Shown: one piece after another, positions 50,112-60,307 of the stretch | Numbering within the stretch: the stretch's first letter is position 1 | How the letters are laid out: the number at the start of each line of letters is the position of its first letter | NCBI GenBank assembly: GCA_963662545.2 | Contig: CAXXLL010000002.1 | Coordinates: 1,024,001 to 1,088,000, forward strand | DNA: 64,000 nt | Source of the DNA: Gammaproteobacteria bacterium | GTDB lineage: Bacteria > Pseudomonadota > Gammaproteobacteria > Ga0077536 | Reading direction: 5' to 3' | Made by a program: the position numbers and the translations under genes | The notes under the pieces: generated by a model | The model's database searches: none | What the model was told of the DNA's origin: nothing | Seen by the model: only the letters and a program-made list of their open reading frames with translations

Positions 50112-50891
50112 ATGATCCAGTACTTCGGCTATGGCTCGAATATGCGCCGGGTGAACCTACGCGTCAAAGGCGTTGAATCGCGTAGCTCCGAACCCGCGCT
50201 TCTCAAAGATTGGCGCCTCGCCTTCAACCTCGCACACCCGTTTCCATTCGAGGGTTGCGTTGCCAACATTGTGCCTGCGACGGGTATCGCCGTTCATGGT
50301 GCGCTCTACGCGTTCGAAGATGAATATTTGGAGTCCCTGGATCGGTTCGAGGGGCTCGGTGTGGTCTATGAGCGGCGAGAGCTGGAAGTTCGGACCTACC
50401 GAGGTGACACGAAGACGGCTTACGCCTATGTAGGAATGCCAGCGAAATTACAATCGGAGGGCAAGCCCTCGCTCCGCTACCGGAATATTCTTGTCGAGGG
50501 TGGTCGCGATGTGGGCCTTGCAGACGAATACCTAAACTGGCTGGTCAATGTTCCCGTACATCCGGCGCCGGACTATCCCCCGTTTGTTCCGCCGAAGGGG
50601 CCGGCGGAAGTATTTACGCTGGCACAACTTGCGGGGCAACCCTTACATGCCGTGCTCGCGGGCTACGTGTTCGACATGTCGGGAGCAGGTGTCGAGCATG
50701 TGATCCTGAGGTCGCTTATCAAAGACCAAGATGTCACGCTGTTTTTTTTGCAGCACATGGATTCCAGTCTCGGTACTGAGACGGCCGAAGACATCGCGCC
50801 TGATCGGCTAAGTGACGAGCAGCGGCGCTACTTGAACGATTATCTTCACGAATTCTCCCGAGTGTACTCATACGTCGGTCGTTTGGCGTAA
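50112..50891 (+). CDS. gamma-glutamylcyclotransferase-family protein with C-terminal cytochrome-b5-like domain
   Basis: YFGYGSNM, LDRFEG...YER; C-terminal FTLAQLA...VLAGYVFDMS. Confidence 0.8.
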   Translation: MIQYFGYGSNMRRVNLRVKGVESRSSEPALLKDWRLAFNLAHPFPFEGCVANIVPATGIAVHGALYAFEDEYLESLDRFEGLGVVYERRELEVRTYRGDTKTAYAYVGMPAKLQSEGKPSLRYRNILVEGGRDVGLADEYLNWLVNVPVHPAPDYPPFVPPKGPAEVFTLAQLAGQPLHAVLAGYVFDMSGAGVEHVILRSLIKDQDVTLFFLQHMDSSLGTETAEDIAPDRLSDEQRRYLNDYLHEFSRVYSYVGRLA

Positions 50892-51180
50892 ACGCGCCGT
50901 TGAGGGAGTGTCCGTTCAGGAACGAATCTTATAATCTGAATGTCTAGATTTGCGCTGTCGCGGTGAGTAGGGACTCGTCACGCGCACCCTTCATTCCCCG
51001 CAAGCTCAATCGTTTCATCTTCCAACAAAGGGGTCGGTCACAAATAAATAAGCAATTGATTCTCTGTTGTCACCGACGCGTATAATTGGTAATCCGAATC
51101 GATATACAAACCTATCTGGAGACGGCATTGGATGGTGCAGAGTGCACCATTGGGCCAACCACAGCGAGAGGAGAGGGCTT

Positions 51181-52137
51181 ATGGACATACTGATCGGCCT
51201 CGGTTCGGTAATCTTCTCGCTGTTCATTACCGTGCTGTCGGTGAAACTCGTGGCTGGGTGGCTGAACGCGGAGCGCAACAGTTGGGGGCGATGCTTCGCC
51301 GCGCTGCTGCTCTCCTATGTGGTCGCCGCGATGATCGCCGGGGGCGGGTCCATCGCCGCTGCTTTGTCGCCGGGTATGGTCGGACTGGTCGTCGTGATCG
51401 TCGCTGTGATAGCGGCCATTGGTGTGCCGATCGTCATCTTCGCGCGGTTGCTCGGCACCAGTGGATTGCGTGCCTTCGGCATTTTATTGATCGCCACCGT
51501 GGTCAACATGGCGATTATCTTCGGGATCGGCATAGCGCTTGCCACCGTGCTTGGCATCGGTCTTGCCGGTCTCGTTGCGATGATTGGCATGGGCGAGTTG
51601 ATGCCGGGTATGGACAGCGGTGATGCCGAGGCGCTCGCACGCTTTGAGCGCGGCATCGATCAACTATGTGAATGCACCGAAAAAGACTGTGTCGATGCAA
51701 TAGTCCCCGAGCTTATGGATGACATGATGGCCGCCCTTGAGAGCCGCACCTTGGATACCGACCCGGCCGAGCAGGCGCGCTTCGAGGCACTGTCGGAACT
51801 CATGGACCTTTGCCAGGAGTTCGATGATGCGGCGACGCCGGAGCCCGCCGCACCGGACGCTGCGTTTACTCCCGCACCCAAACCCGCACCGGCGCCGACG
51901 GACGGTAGTGCCCCGCCTCCCGTTTACTATGCCCTGCGCGATGTCGCCATTGCTGACGCTCCGGCACACATCGGCAAGCTGGTACGCGTGACGCTTGCTG
52001 ACGGCAGTCGGGAACGCAACCGGCTGGTTGTCGTGGAAGGTGGCTCGATCACCTTAAAGCGCGACAAGTCCGAGGGCGGCGGCCATTACTCGATCGCCCT
52101 ATCGGAGATCGTGCGCATGGAGGTGTTTGACCGCTAG
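51181..52137 (+). CDS. hypothetical membrane protein
   Basis: GGAG RBS; ~5 hydrophobic helices, CECTEKDC, Pro/Ala linker, small beta C-terminal domain. Confidence 0.8.
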   Translation: MDILIGLGSVIFSLFITVLSVKLVAGWLNAERNSWGRCFAALLLSYVVAAMIAGGGSIAAALSPGMVGLVVVIVAVIAAIGVPIVIFARLLGTSGLRAFGILLIATVVNMAIIFGIGIALATVLGIGLAGLVAMIGMGELMPGMDSGDAEALARFERGIDQLCECTEKDCVDAIVPELMDDMMAALESRTLDTDPAEQARFEALSELMDLCQEFDDAATPEPAAPDAAFTPAPKPAPAPTDGSAPPPVYYALRDVAIADAPAHIGKLVRVTLADGSRERNRLVVVEGGSITLKRDKSEGGGHYSIALSEIVRMEVFDR

Positions 52138-52167
52138 CCCGCGTATTTCCTCGCCGGACATCACGGG

Positions 52168-53310
52168 CTACCACAATCGTTCGGACGCGATCTTTGCGCC
52201 CGCGGCCAGCGTATTCAGTTTTTCGAAGACGATATCGGGGTCGACGCGGCCAAACTTCGCGAACGTGGCAAAGCCGCAATCGGTTCCCGCCAGCACTCTC
52301 TCCCGGCCAACGATATCGGCGAAGCGACAGATGCGTTCGGCCACATATTCCGGATGTTCGACATAATTGGTCGAAGTATCGATCACCCCCGGCATGAGTA
52401 CTTTGTCCGCGGGCAGGTCGATCTCGCTCCATACCTTCCATTCGTGGGCGTGTCGAGGGTTAGCCGCCTCGAAACTGATGACCTGCGGTCTGGCCTTGCA
52501 CAGCACACCGGCAATTTTACCGAGCGGGATATCGCGGTCGTGCGGCCCCTCGTAATTGCCCCAGCAGATATGCATACGCGACATTTCGGGGGGCACGTTT
52601 TGCAGCGCGTCGTTCAGTACCTCGACCGGTCGCTCAGCCTGTTTGACGAATTCGTCGTCGCTCAGGCCCTTGTACTGCGTGTGACGAGCCATCGCGAGAT
52701 CAGGACAGTCAATCTGGATCACGAAGCCCGCGGCGTGAATCGCCTCGTATTCCTCGCGCATCGCGCGGCCCAGGGCCTCGAGATAATCCTGTTCACTGGG
52801 ATAATACTCGTTGGGTAGAAAGGCGCTGATGACACCGGGCGAAGAAGCGTTCAGAAAACCCTCTACGGCGCTGCCGTCCTGAAGCGCGTCACGAAAATTC
52901 GCGATATCGGTTTCGAGCGGTGCGCGCGTCGTGACCGTGATTTCCCCGGTGCACATCGGGCGTTTGATCGCCGGCGCCTGATTGCGCTGCGCTGACAGTT
53001 GCATAAACGCTGGGAACCGCTCCAGATCGGCCGGCGGTTTACGCGGGCTGTCGCCCGAGAAACCGGAACAGCGGTCTTTGATATAAGTCGAATAACCGAT
53101 CTTACCCATCTCGCCGTCACTGACGATATCGACGCCGGCCTCCACTTGCCGGCGCACGATGTCGTGCACCGCGGCGCTCACCTGTTTTGCGAACGATGCT
53201 TCATCGATCGCTTCACCGGATTCGCGCTGGAGGAGAAGATCGGCGAGGCGTTCCGGGCGCGGCAGGCTGCCGACGTGTGTCGTGAGAATCCGATCTGTAC
53301 TCAAATGCAT
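52168..53310 (-). CDS. cobalamin-independent methionine synthase II family protein
   Basis: TTHVGSLPRP, SDGE, HICWGNYEG, TDCGF. Confidence 0.92.
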   Translation of the reverse strand: MHLSTDRILTTHVGSLPRPERLADLLLQRESGEAIDEASFAKQVSAAVHDIVRRQVEAGVDIVSDGEMGKIGYSTYIKDRCSGFSGDSPRKPPADLERFPAFMQLSAQRNQAPAIKRPMCTGEITVTTRAPLETDIANFRDALQDGSAVEGFLNASSPGVISAFLPNEYYPSEQDYLEALGRAMREEYEAIHAAGFVIQIDCPDLAMARHTQYKGLSDDEFVKQAERPVEVLNDALQNVPPEMSRMHICWGNYEGPHDRDIPLGKIAGVLCKARPQVISFEAANPRHAHEWKVWSEIDLPADKVLMPGVIDTSTNYVEHPEYVAERICRFADIVGRERVLAGTDCGFATFAKFGRVDPDIVFEKLNTLAAGAKIASERLW

Positions 53311-53506
53311 GGTGTTTTCCGTAGGAGAGGAATCGATCCGGGGAAGAATTCAGACAGTATACGTATTTAGTCCAAACCCTCCGGCTTTCCTCTCGGTCTT
53401 TCAGGCTTCAATTCACGGTCGGTCGACTGCTGTGCTCGATTCGAGCTACGCCTAGTACGATTAGTGTCCCCAGCACGCAGTCCACTACGCGCGCTTCGAC
53501 AATCTC

Positions 53507-54010
53507 TCAGGACTTGTTGAATTCCTTGCACATATCGAAGAAATCCTTGAAATACTCGCCCACTCTGCCGCTTGAGGCGACGGAGCGCGTGTCATCCGGC
53601 AGATGCACCCGACGTACTTTGATATACCAGCGTCCGTCCACCCGTACGTAGTCGTCCTCATACCAGCCGTGCAGATTGTTGTAGATCGCTTCGGGCCGCA
53701 GCATGAATTCGTTGAGTTCGCATTTCCCCCGGGCCCGGTCGCCGTCGATGTCGATGACGAAGTTGCTCATCACGTGGTGTAAACCGGGAACGGTGCGATG
53801 CAGACCTTCCATGAACTTGATCAGCGCGGCCCTGCCCGCGACGACCAGGGAAATTTCCGGGATTTCGAAGCGGCCTTCCTCGATGAACAGCGCCGCCCAG
53901 GATTCGGGATCGCCCTTACCGTAGTCCGCGGCGAAAGCATAACGGCCGAGCAGGTCCTGAATCATGATTCGGTCGGCAGCTTCCTGGATATATTTTTCGT
54001 CTAGGCTCAT
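53507..54010 (-). CDS. SnoaL-like / NTF2-fold protein
   Basis: IQDLLGRYAFAAD, HHVMSN, YEDDYVRVDGRW. Confidence 0.88.
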   Translation of the reverse strand: MSLDEKYIQEAADRIMIQDLLGRYAFAADYGKGDPESWAALFIEEGRFEIPEISLVVAGRAALIKFMEGLHRTVPGLHHVMSNFVIDIDGDRARGKCELNEFMLRPEAIYNNLHGWYEDDYVRVDGRWYIKVRRVHLPDDTRSVASSGRVGEYFKDFFDMCKEFNKS

Positions 54011-54137
54011 CGGATTTCTCCCTCGTCATTTGATCGTCGCAGTGGGTGTCCGCAAGTGCTGTGGCCGCAGTGGCAACCGCCGTCGACCTGCATGGTTTTG
54101 ACCTCCATCAAAGGAGACATTCGCAAACGCGCTTGCA

Positions 54138-57100
54138 TTATTCCAACTCCTCCAATAACACCTTTGCCTCATGCAGATCTTTGGTGTCAAAGCCTTCAGT
54201 GAACCAGTTGTAAATATCGGAGAGCAATTTGTGAGCTTCGGTCGTCTTCCCCTGCCGCCGCCACAGCCGGGCGAGGCTCGTTGCGGCGCGGAGTTCCCAG
54301 GATTTGGCCTGCTGGTGGCGGGCAACATCGAGCGCTTGCTGGAAACAGGCCTCCACTTCCTTTTCAATTTCAGACTGTTGACCCGCAGCTTGAGACTGTA
54401 GGGTCAGCGCACCCTTCAACCGATACAATTCCGCCTCGTACAAGCGCTCTTCGGTCTGCTCCACCAACGCCAAGGCCTCGGCCACCGTTGCCAGCCCTTC
54501 CCGAGCCTGGCCTACCGTACGTTGCGCCTCAGCTAGCAGGCCAAGATCTTGCGATCGCGCAATTGCTGTGCCTGTCGCCCGGATGGCAGCCAGGCCCTGG
54601 CGAATCTGCGCCATCCCTTCCGCGGCCTGTCCCTGGGCGGCCAGTGCCCAGCCCCGTATCACAGTTCCCCACGCCAACCAGTAAGCAAATCCTTGCTCAG
54701 TAGCGAGCGCAATGACTGCCTCAGCCCGCTCCTGGGCTGCTGGACCCTCCCGGCGAAACTCATGGACTCGGCCAGCGAAGTTCAGGGCCCAGGCCAGGCT
54801 GAAGGGGTGAAGGGACTCCCGAGCCAAGGTAATCGCCTGGTGCATTTTCTCGAGGGCTTGCTGCGGGTAGCCCAAACACCATAAATTCCAAGCGCTATAG
54901 GAGAAACATGCAACCCCCGGGTCTTGCCGATACAGGGCAACATGAGCACGGTGCTGTTGAGGGTCGTAAAGGGCCATCGCCGCTTCGAGGTGTTCGCGGG
55001 CAGAAACGAACTCTCCCATGTAGTACAGGGTGGCCCCCGTTGCCCGGTTCGCCTCCAGGAGCAGACCGGGGTCCTCCGCACCTTGGACCAAAGCGAGGAG
55101 CTGCTGTGCCTCCTCGTGCGCTGCTTTGTATTCTGCTCGTACTAAGTAAAAGTCCCACAGACCATACACCACCGGGAAGAGCTGTGGAGTCTCCCCCACC
55201 TGCTCACACAGTTCCCGCGCCCGCGTGTAGACCTGTTCCATTTCTGGTGAAGCAAAGCCCGTGGTGGCCGCTAGCGGCACTGCCAAGGCCACTTGCACGG
55301 TAAGTTCCTGCTGATTGCGCTCCAGGGTGTCGGGCAGGGTCTGGAGCATATCGAGCGCCTTGGTGAAGTGGCCAATGGCCTCGACATTCGCCGAGCGCTG
55401 CACTGCACGCTCACCCGCCTGCTGCCAATAGGGGATGGCCTGCTTGATGAGCCCGGCCTCAGTGTAGTGATGCGCAAGCAACTCGGGCTCGGTCTCGATG
55501 ATTTCGCCGAACTGCTTCTGCAGTGCGTCCGCGATCCGACCGTGGATCGGTCGCCGGCGACTTTTCAAAAGGCTTTGATAAGCGGTCTCCTGCACCAAGG
55601 CATGTTTGAACGAGTAAGTCGCATCGGGCGGGCGGCCATGCCGATACAAAAGCTCCCTATCGGTCAACTGGGCCAGCGCATCGTCGAGACCGGCAAGGTC
55701 GCCGGGTACTATCGCGGCTATCAGACTGTAGCTGAACTCACGACCGATGCAGGCACCGATCTGCGCAATCTCTTTACCCGATTCAAGCCGGTCGAGTCGC
55801 GCCATCAGGCTGTCCTGCAATGTCGCCGGGATCGCCACCATAGATTCAGCCACGCCGTGTCTCTGCCGACCTACGGCAAGGCCCGCCTCCAGCACGGTCT
55901 TGGTCAGTTCCTCGACGAATAGCGGCACCCCGTCGGTCTTGGCGACGATCTGGTCGAGCACCTCCTCGGGAAGCGCTTTGTCGCCGGTCACCTTTGCCAC
56001 CATCCGGGCGCCTTGCCGTCGGCTGAGGCGATTGAGCGAGTGCGACGTGACATGGCTGTAGCCGCCCCACGACGGTTCGAACTCCGGCCGGTAGGTGATC
56101 ACCAACAACACGGCCGCATCCTGAAGCCGGTCAACGATCGTTCCCAGCACGTCCAGCGTCGTCGGATCGCTCCAGTGAACGTCCTCGAAGATCATCAGCA
56201 CCGGGTCGTGCCGCGCGAGCCCGACTACCTGTTCGGCCAGCACCTCGAAGGTCTTTTCCTTTTGTTGCTGCGGGCTCAGATTCAAGGGCGGGTAGCGCTC
56301 CATCGGCAGCGACAGCAGGGCCGCGAACAAGGGCGCCGCTTCAGCCACGTTCTCGGTCCCCTGCGCCAACATCGCCTCCAGCTTGTCGAGCCGGGCCTCC
56401 GGCGCATCGTCGCGCGCGAAGCCCGCGGCACGTTCGAATTGATCGATGACCGGATAGAACGCGGAGTTGGTGTAATGGGGTGAGCATTGATAGCGGAGCC
56501 GGGTGTGGGGCTCGCTGGCAATCTGCTCCCGGAGCACTTGCGTGATCCGACTTTTACCGATGCCGGGCTCACCAGATAACAGCACCACCTGCCCCTCACC
56601 TTCTTTGGCCTCGGCCCAGCGCTCGAGCAGCAACGCGATTTCGCTGTCACGGCCCACCAGGGGAGTGAGCCCGCCCTGAGTGCGCGCCTCGAAGCGACCC
56701 TGGACCGCACTTTTGCGCACCACCCGCCAGGCGCGAAGCGGCTCCGCGATACCCTTGAGGTCCTGCTCGCCCAGGTCGTTGTAGTCAAAAGCACCGCCGG
56801 CGAGCCGCCGCGTCGTGGGCGCGATGATGATCTCGTCCGGCCCCGCGAGCCCCTGCATACGCGCCGCCACATTCGGTGTCTCACCCACTGCCGCCTTGGG
56901 CACCGACGCATCGCCCGCGCCAGTCTCGCCCACCACTACCGGCCCCGTCGCGATTCCGATCCGCACCTGCAAGGGGTCGGAGGCCTCGACAGTCTTGACG
57001 GCCTCGATGAGTTCCAGACCCGCGCGCACCGCTTGCCCGGCGTCGTCCTCATGTGCTTTCGGCCAGCCGAAGTAGACCATCAGTCCGTCGCCCAAATATT

Positions 57101-57512
57101 GAGCCACGTGCCCTTCGTAGCGTTCGATGACCGCCCCGGCGGCCTTTTGATAAGCCGCCAACAACTCGCGAAGATCCTCCGGGTCGAGTTTCTCCGCAAG
57201 CGCCGTCGAGCCGACGAGGTCGCAAAACATGACGGTGATCTGGCGGCGCTCGGCATCGGTTACCGCCGGTATGCCTGGTACAGCTTTTGCGACTTGCGGT
57301 GTTGATTGGCTATAGGTTTGCCCCTTATCACCCGATCGCGCGGCAATGGCGTCTAGTATGCGGATGCGATGGCCCATGACCCCGACGCCCAGCTTTTCCA
57401 AGGTCTCGTCGGACAGGCGTGACAACAGGTCCGGACCGATTTCGTTCTCTTCGAACGTATCGGCGTATTGGCCGAGACCCAGGTCATCTAGCCATTGGCG
57501 GATGTCGGACAT
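54138..57512 (-). CDS. SAM - class III nucleotide cyclase - AAA/STAND ATPase - TPR protein
   Basis: WLDDLGLGQY SAM; ITVMFCDLVGST and YLGDG cyclase; GEPGIGKS Walker A; FEDVHW; KSWELRAATSLARLW. Confidence 0.93.
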   Translation of the reverse strand: MSDIRQWLDDLGLGQYADTFEENEIGPDLLSRLSDETLEKLGVGVMGHRIRILDAIAARSGDKGQTYSQSTPQVAKAVPGIPAVTDAERRQITVMFCDLVGSTALAEKLDPEDLRELLAAYQKAAGAVIERYEGHVAQYLGDGLMVYFGWPKAHEDDAGQAVRAGLELIEAVKTVEASDPLQVRIGIATGPVVVGETGAGDASVPKAAVGETPNVAARMQGLAGPDEIIIAPTTRRLAGGAFDYNDLGEQDLKGIAEPLRAWRVVRKSAVQGRFEARTQGGLTPLVGRDSEIALLLERWAEAKEGEGQVVLLSGEPGIGKSRITQVLREQIASEPHTRLRYQCSPHYTNSAFYPVIDQFERAAGFARDDAPEARLDKLEAMLAQGTENVAEAAPLFAALLSLPMERYPPLNLSPQQQKEKTFEVLAEQVVGLARHDPVLMIFEDVHWSDPTTLDVLGTIVDRLQDAAVLLVITYRPEFEPSWGGYSHVTSHSLNRLSRRQGARMVAKVTGDKALPEEVLDQIVAKTDGVPLFVEELTKTVLEAGLAVGRQRHGVAESMVAIPATLQDSLMARLDRLESGKEIAQIGACIGREFSYSLIAAIVPGDLAGLDDALAQLTDRELLYRHGRPPDATYSFKHALVQETAYQSLLKSRRRPIHGRIADALQKQFGEIIETEPELLAHHYTEAGLIKQAIPYWQQAGERAVQRSANVEAIGHFTKALDMLQTLPDTLERNQQELTVQVALAVPLAATTGFASPEMEQVYTRARELCEQVGETPQLFPVVYGLWDFYLVRAEYKAAHEEAQQLLALVQGAEDPGLLLEANRATGATLYYMGEFVSAREHLEAAMALYDPQQHRAHVALYRQDPGVACFSYSAWNLWCLGYPQQALEKMHQAITLARESLHPFSLAWALNFAGRVHEFRREGPAAQERAEAVIALATEQGFAYWLAWGTVIRGWALAAQGQAAEGMAQIRQGLAAIRATGTAIARSQDLGLLAEAQRTVGQAREGLATVAEALALVEQTEERLYEAELYRLKGALTLQSQAAGQQSEIEKEVEACFQQALDVARHQQAKSWELRAATSLARLWRRQGKTTEAHKLLSDIYNWFTEGFDTKDLHEAKVLLEELE

Positions 57513-57774
57513 CGTCCCCCCTGCGAACAGTTTACACACGGCGGATCGACTGTGCACCGCGGATGGTTGTCGCAGCCGAATGTCTGGTCGCTCTCGGGCA
57601 CAACGCGTTTCCGCAGAAACGTTTTTTTAATTGAGAATCATTAACGCCGTGCCAAGGATCGCTATGGGTCCGAAAACGGGCGTCAAACCCCCAGCCCCTA
57701 AGAAAGTCGCTACCGGCCTATCGAACTGATCAGTGAAACGACAGGAAATCGTTTCTCGACATTCCGTTAGGACA

Positions 57775-58227
57775 TCATCGGTCAGCCATTTTAACGGGCC
57801 AGATAATATGTTGCCCCGATTCGTCGTATTCGGGAAACACGGTCACGCTCACGACCTTCGCGCGCGCGATGCCGAACGTCAGGTCCAGGATCCGGTCCGT
57901 GTAATACTTTTCATCGTCGTTGATCTCGACCTCGAGATCGAGGTGCGGAAACTTCTGCAACAGGAATTTCTCACTCAGGCCGATTGGGTTGAACCTGCGC
58001 ACTAGCGTAAAAGGATGATAGGACGTGATGTGCGAAAGCCTGTATTCGTTGTCGGAATCGAAGGACAGCTCGAGTCGCATCAGGCGATAGATCCAGATCT
58101 CCGATACGGCACCGTCCTCGTGCCGGTCCTGCGCCTTCTTGTCGGGCTCTCCGAGATCGTGGGCGATCCGATCGCGGCTCGAACCGAGATTGATTTCATC
58201 GACGCCGTGGTGGGGGACTACGTCCAT
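57775..58227 (-). CDS. hypothetical protein
   Basis: 150-aa ORF with natural composition, co-oriented with neighbours. Confidence 0.7.
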   Translation of the reverse strand: MDVVPHHGVDEINLGSSRDRIAHDLGEPDKKAQDRHEDGAVSEIWIYRLMRLELSFDSDNEYRLSHITSYHPFTLVRRFNPIGLSEKFLLQKFPHLDLEVEINDDEKYYTDRILDLTFGIARAKVVSVTVFPEYDESGQHIIWPVKMADR

Positions 58228-58285
58228 CTCGTGTTATGCCGGAATTACGGCATTCCATTCGTCGACGGAATCTCGATCTTCCAAG

Positions 58286-59215
58286 CTATTCGGCCCGCAC
58301 CCAGCCGTCGAGCAACGTGCGCAAAGCCGCGACGAACGCGATCGGCTGGTCGAGCATGACATGGTGCTGCGCTTCAGGGATCTCGACGATGGGGGCGTCC
58401 GGGCCCATGAGTTCGGACATGTAGTCGGCGGTGTCGCGGCTGACCAGCTTACTGTTCTGTCCGAAGATCAAACCGGCGCGGCAACGGAGTTTCTGCAGGT
58501 GCTCGTGGAAGGGCTCGCCCCAGCGCCGCGTGCCCATGGCACGGACGTCGAATTTCCAGGTCCAACCGCCATCGACCGGCTTGAGGGAGTGGCGGGCGAT
58601 GTACTCGACGATGAACGCGTTTGCGCAATCCTGCGCGGGCAGGAGCCGGAAGCGCCGCAGCGCTTCGTCGAAACTCGGATAAATGCGCTGGCGGCTCATA
58701 CCGGGCCGTGAAATCCTCCCGCTGTCATTGGGCCGTCGGATGGGGGAATCGACGATGACGGCGCCACCGATCTCCTCGCCGAAGCTCGCACCGAAGCGCA
58801 TGGTCATGTAGCCGCCGAAGGAGTGCCCGACGACGAAGGGCTTGTGCCCCAACCCGGCATCGTCGAGCACGGCGCGGATCTCCGCGGCGCGAACTTCCGC
58901 GTTGTACCCCTCGCGCTGACCGCTGTCACCCATGCCGGACAGGTCGAGCGCGGCCACCCGAAAATAGCGCGTGAAAAACGGTCCGATGAAGCGCCACCAG
59001 TTGGCGTGCGCGCCGCCGCCATGGACTAACAACAGCCCGCGACGGTCGGCGTCTTCGTCGTCACCGCGCCACAGCAGATAATGAATGGGGCAGCCTTCGA
59101 CATCGACGAAATGCGATATCACGGGCGATTCGATAGCCCAGGTGAACCAGTCGGGCATTGTTGCGTCAACGCGCAAATGGGCGGCGTCCCAGTCGGGAGT
59201 GGCTAGAGAAGACAT
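58286..59215 (-). CDS. alpha/beta fold hydrolase
   Basis: LVHGGGAH, DLSGMGDS, GHSFGG, AQHHVMLD. Confidence 0.92.
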   Translation of the reverse strand: MSSLATPDWDAAHLRVDATMPDWFTWAIESPVISHFVDVEGCPIHYLLWRGDDEDADRRGLLLVHGGGAHANWWRFIGPFFTRYFRVAALDLSGMGDSGQREGYNAEVRAAEIRAVLDDAGLGHKPFVVGHSFGGYMTMRFGASFGEEIGGAVIVDSPIRRPNDSGRISRPGMSRQRIYPSFDEALRRFRLLPAQDCANAFIVEYIARHSLKPVDGGWTWKFDVRAMGTRRWGEPFHEHLQKLRCRAGLIFGQNSKLVSRDTADYMSELMGPDAPIVEIPEAQHHVMLDQPIAFVAALRTLLDGWVRAE

Positions 59216-59328
59216 TGCGGCCAGGTGTATTTGCTGTAGGGGTTCGGTCGATCCGGGAGAGGCAGTCTACTGAAAAATGCGCATGCGAGCCGAATTGAAA
59301 GCGGGCGCGTTGGTGTGGATATTGCCGG

Positions 59329-59396
59329 TTCGCCCACGAGAGGGCTCCTACGGATCCACGTGAAGTCCGATTTGTAGGAGCCCGCATGCGGGCGAA
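59329..59396. repeat. GTAG-family REP doublet
   Basis: TTCGCCCACGAGAGGGCTCCTAC ... GTAGGAGCCCGCATGCGGGCGAA inverted pair. Confidence 0.75.
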
Positions 59397-59437
59397 TCAT
59401 CGTAAAGCTGTTGAGCGAATCCCGTGGCCTTCCAAGC

Positions 59438-60283
59438 TCAAACGCGCTTATACCCGAGCGCGCACCAGAACGGTTCTTGTTCACTGAAGGCAATTTTCTC
59501 CAATCCGGCGTCTGCCATCATCCGTTCGATCTGTGCTTTGGTGAACCGTTTTTCCAAACGCGTGCCAAAGCGATCGAGTGCGTCCGTACGCATCGTATAG
59601 AAGCTTTTGTCGCGATAGGCGGACAGCGGGAGCTGATCGATCGGCCGACCCCGTTTTTCCAGAACGCGCGCCGCGGTCGCGAACGGTAGGTAGACGGTGG
59701 CGGCGATGACCTGGCTCGCGGCGTATTTCAACGGGTGGGGCAGGACGGAAATCGCACGTCGCATGCCGTCGCTGACGCGCCAGATCAGTTTGAACCACAG
59801 GGGACGGTTGTCGAATGCGTAATACAGATAAAGCAGGAACGGCGCACCGGATTTGAGCTTGGCGACGCAGTTTTTGATACCAGCTAACGTGTCGGGTACG
59901 TGGTGAAGCACGCCGAGTGCGTAGCCGAAATCCATCGATTGGTCGTCCAGCGGGATGACATCGACGCCGGCTTCATGAAAGACGCAATTGGAATGCGTCG
60001 CGAGGTTTCGTTTCGCCACCTCGATTGCTGCGCGGCTTGGGTCGATGCAATGCAGGCAGCCAACGCGCGGTGCACAGAAGCGGGCCCAGCGGCCGCTGCC
60101 GCAGCCCAGATCGAAACCCTCCGCATGCGGCCCTAGTGCGTCCCACGGAAACAGCGCGAAATACCGATCGAAAATCCGTTCGAGTTCGGCCACATCGACG
60201 TTCGCCTGATCGAAGGTCGACCATTCACGGCCGAAGTCGGCGACGACGTCCGGGTCGAGATTCCCGCCGATTTGATTCGGCAT
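59438..60283 (-). CDS. class I SAM-dependent methyltransferase
   Basis: FDLGCGSGRW, GVLHHVPD. Confidence 0.9.
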   Translation of the reverse strand: MPNQIGGNLDPDVVADFGREWSTFDQANVDVAELERIFDRYFALFPWDALGPHAEGFDLGCGSGRWARFCAPRVGCLHCIDPSRAAIEVAKRNLATHSNCVFHEAGVDVIPLDDQSMDFGYALGVLHHVPDTLAGIKNCVAKLKSGAPFLLYLYYAFDNRPLWFKLIWRVSDGMRRAISVLPHPLKYAASQVIAATVYLPFATAARVLEKRGRPIDQLPLSAYRDKSFYTMRTDALDRFGTRLEKRFTKAQIERMMADAGLEKIAFSEQEPFWCALGYKRV

Positions 60284-60307
60284 CGATGGTCCTTATGGCG
60301 CGGCTGC

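Noticed and set aside
57640-57656. Sigma-54-like TGGCACG on the - strand upstream of the cyclase
   Set aside because: The -12 element is TTAAT, lacking the essential GC
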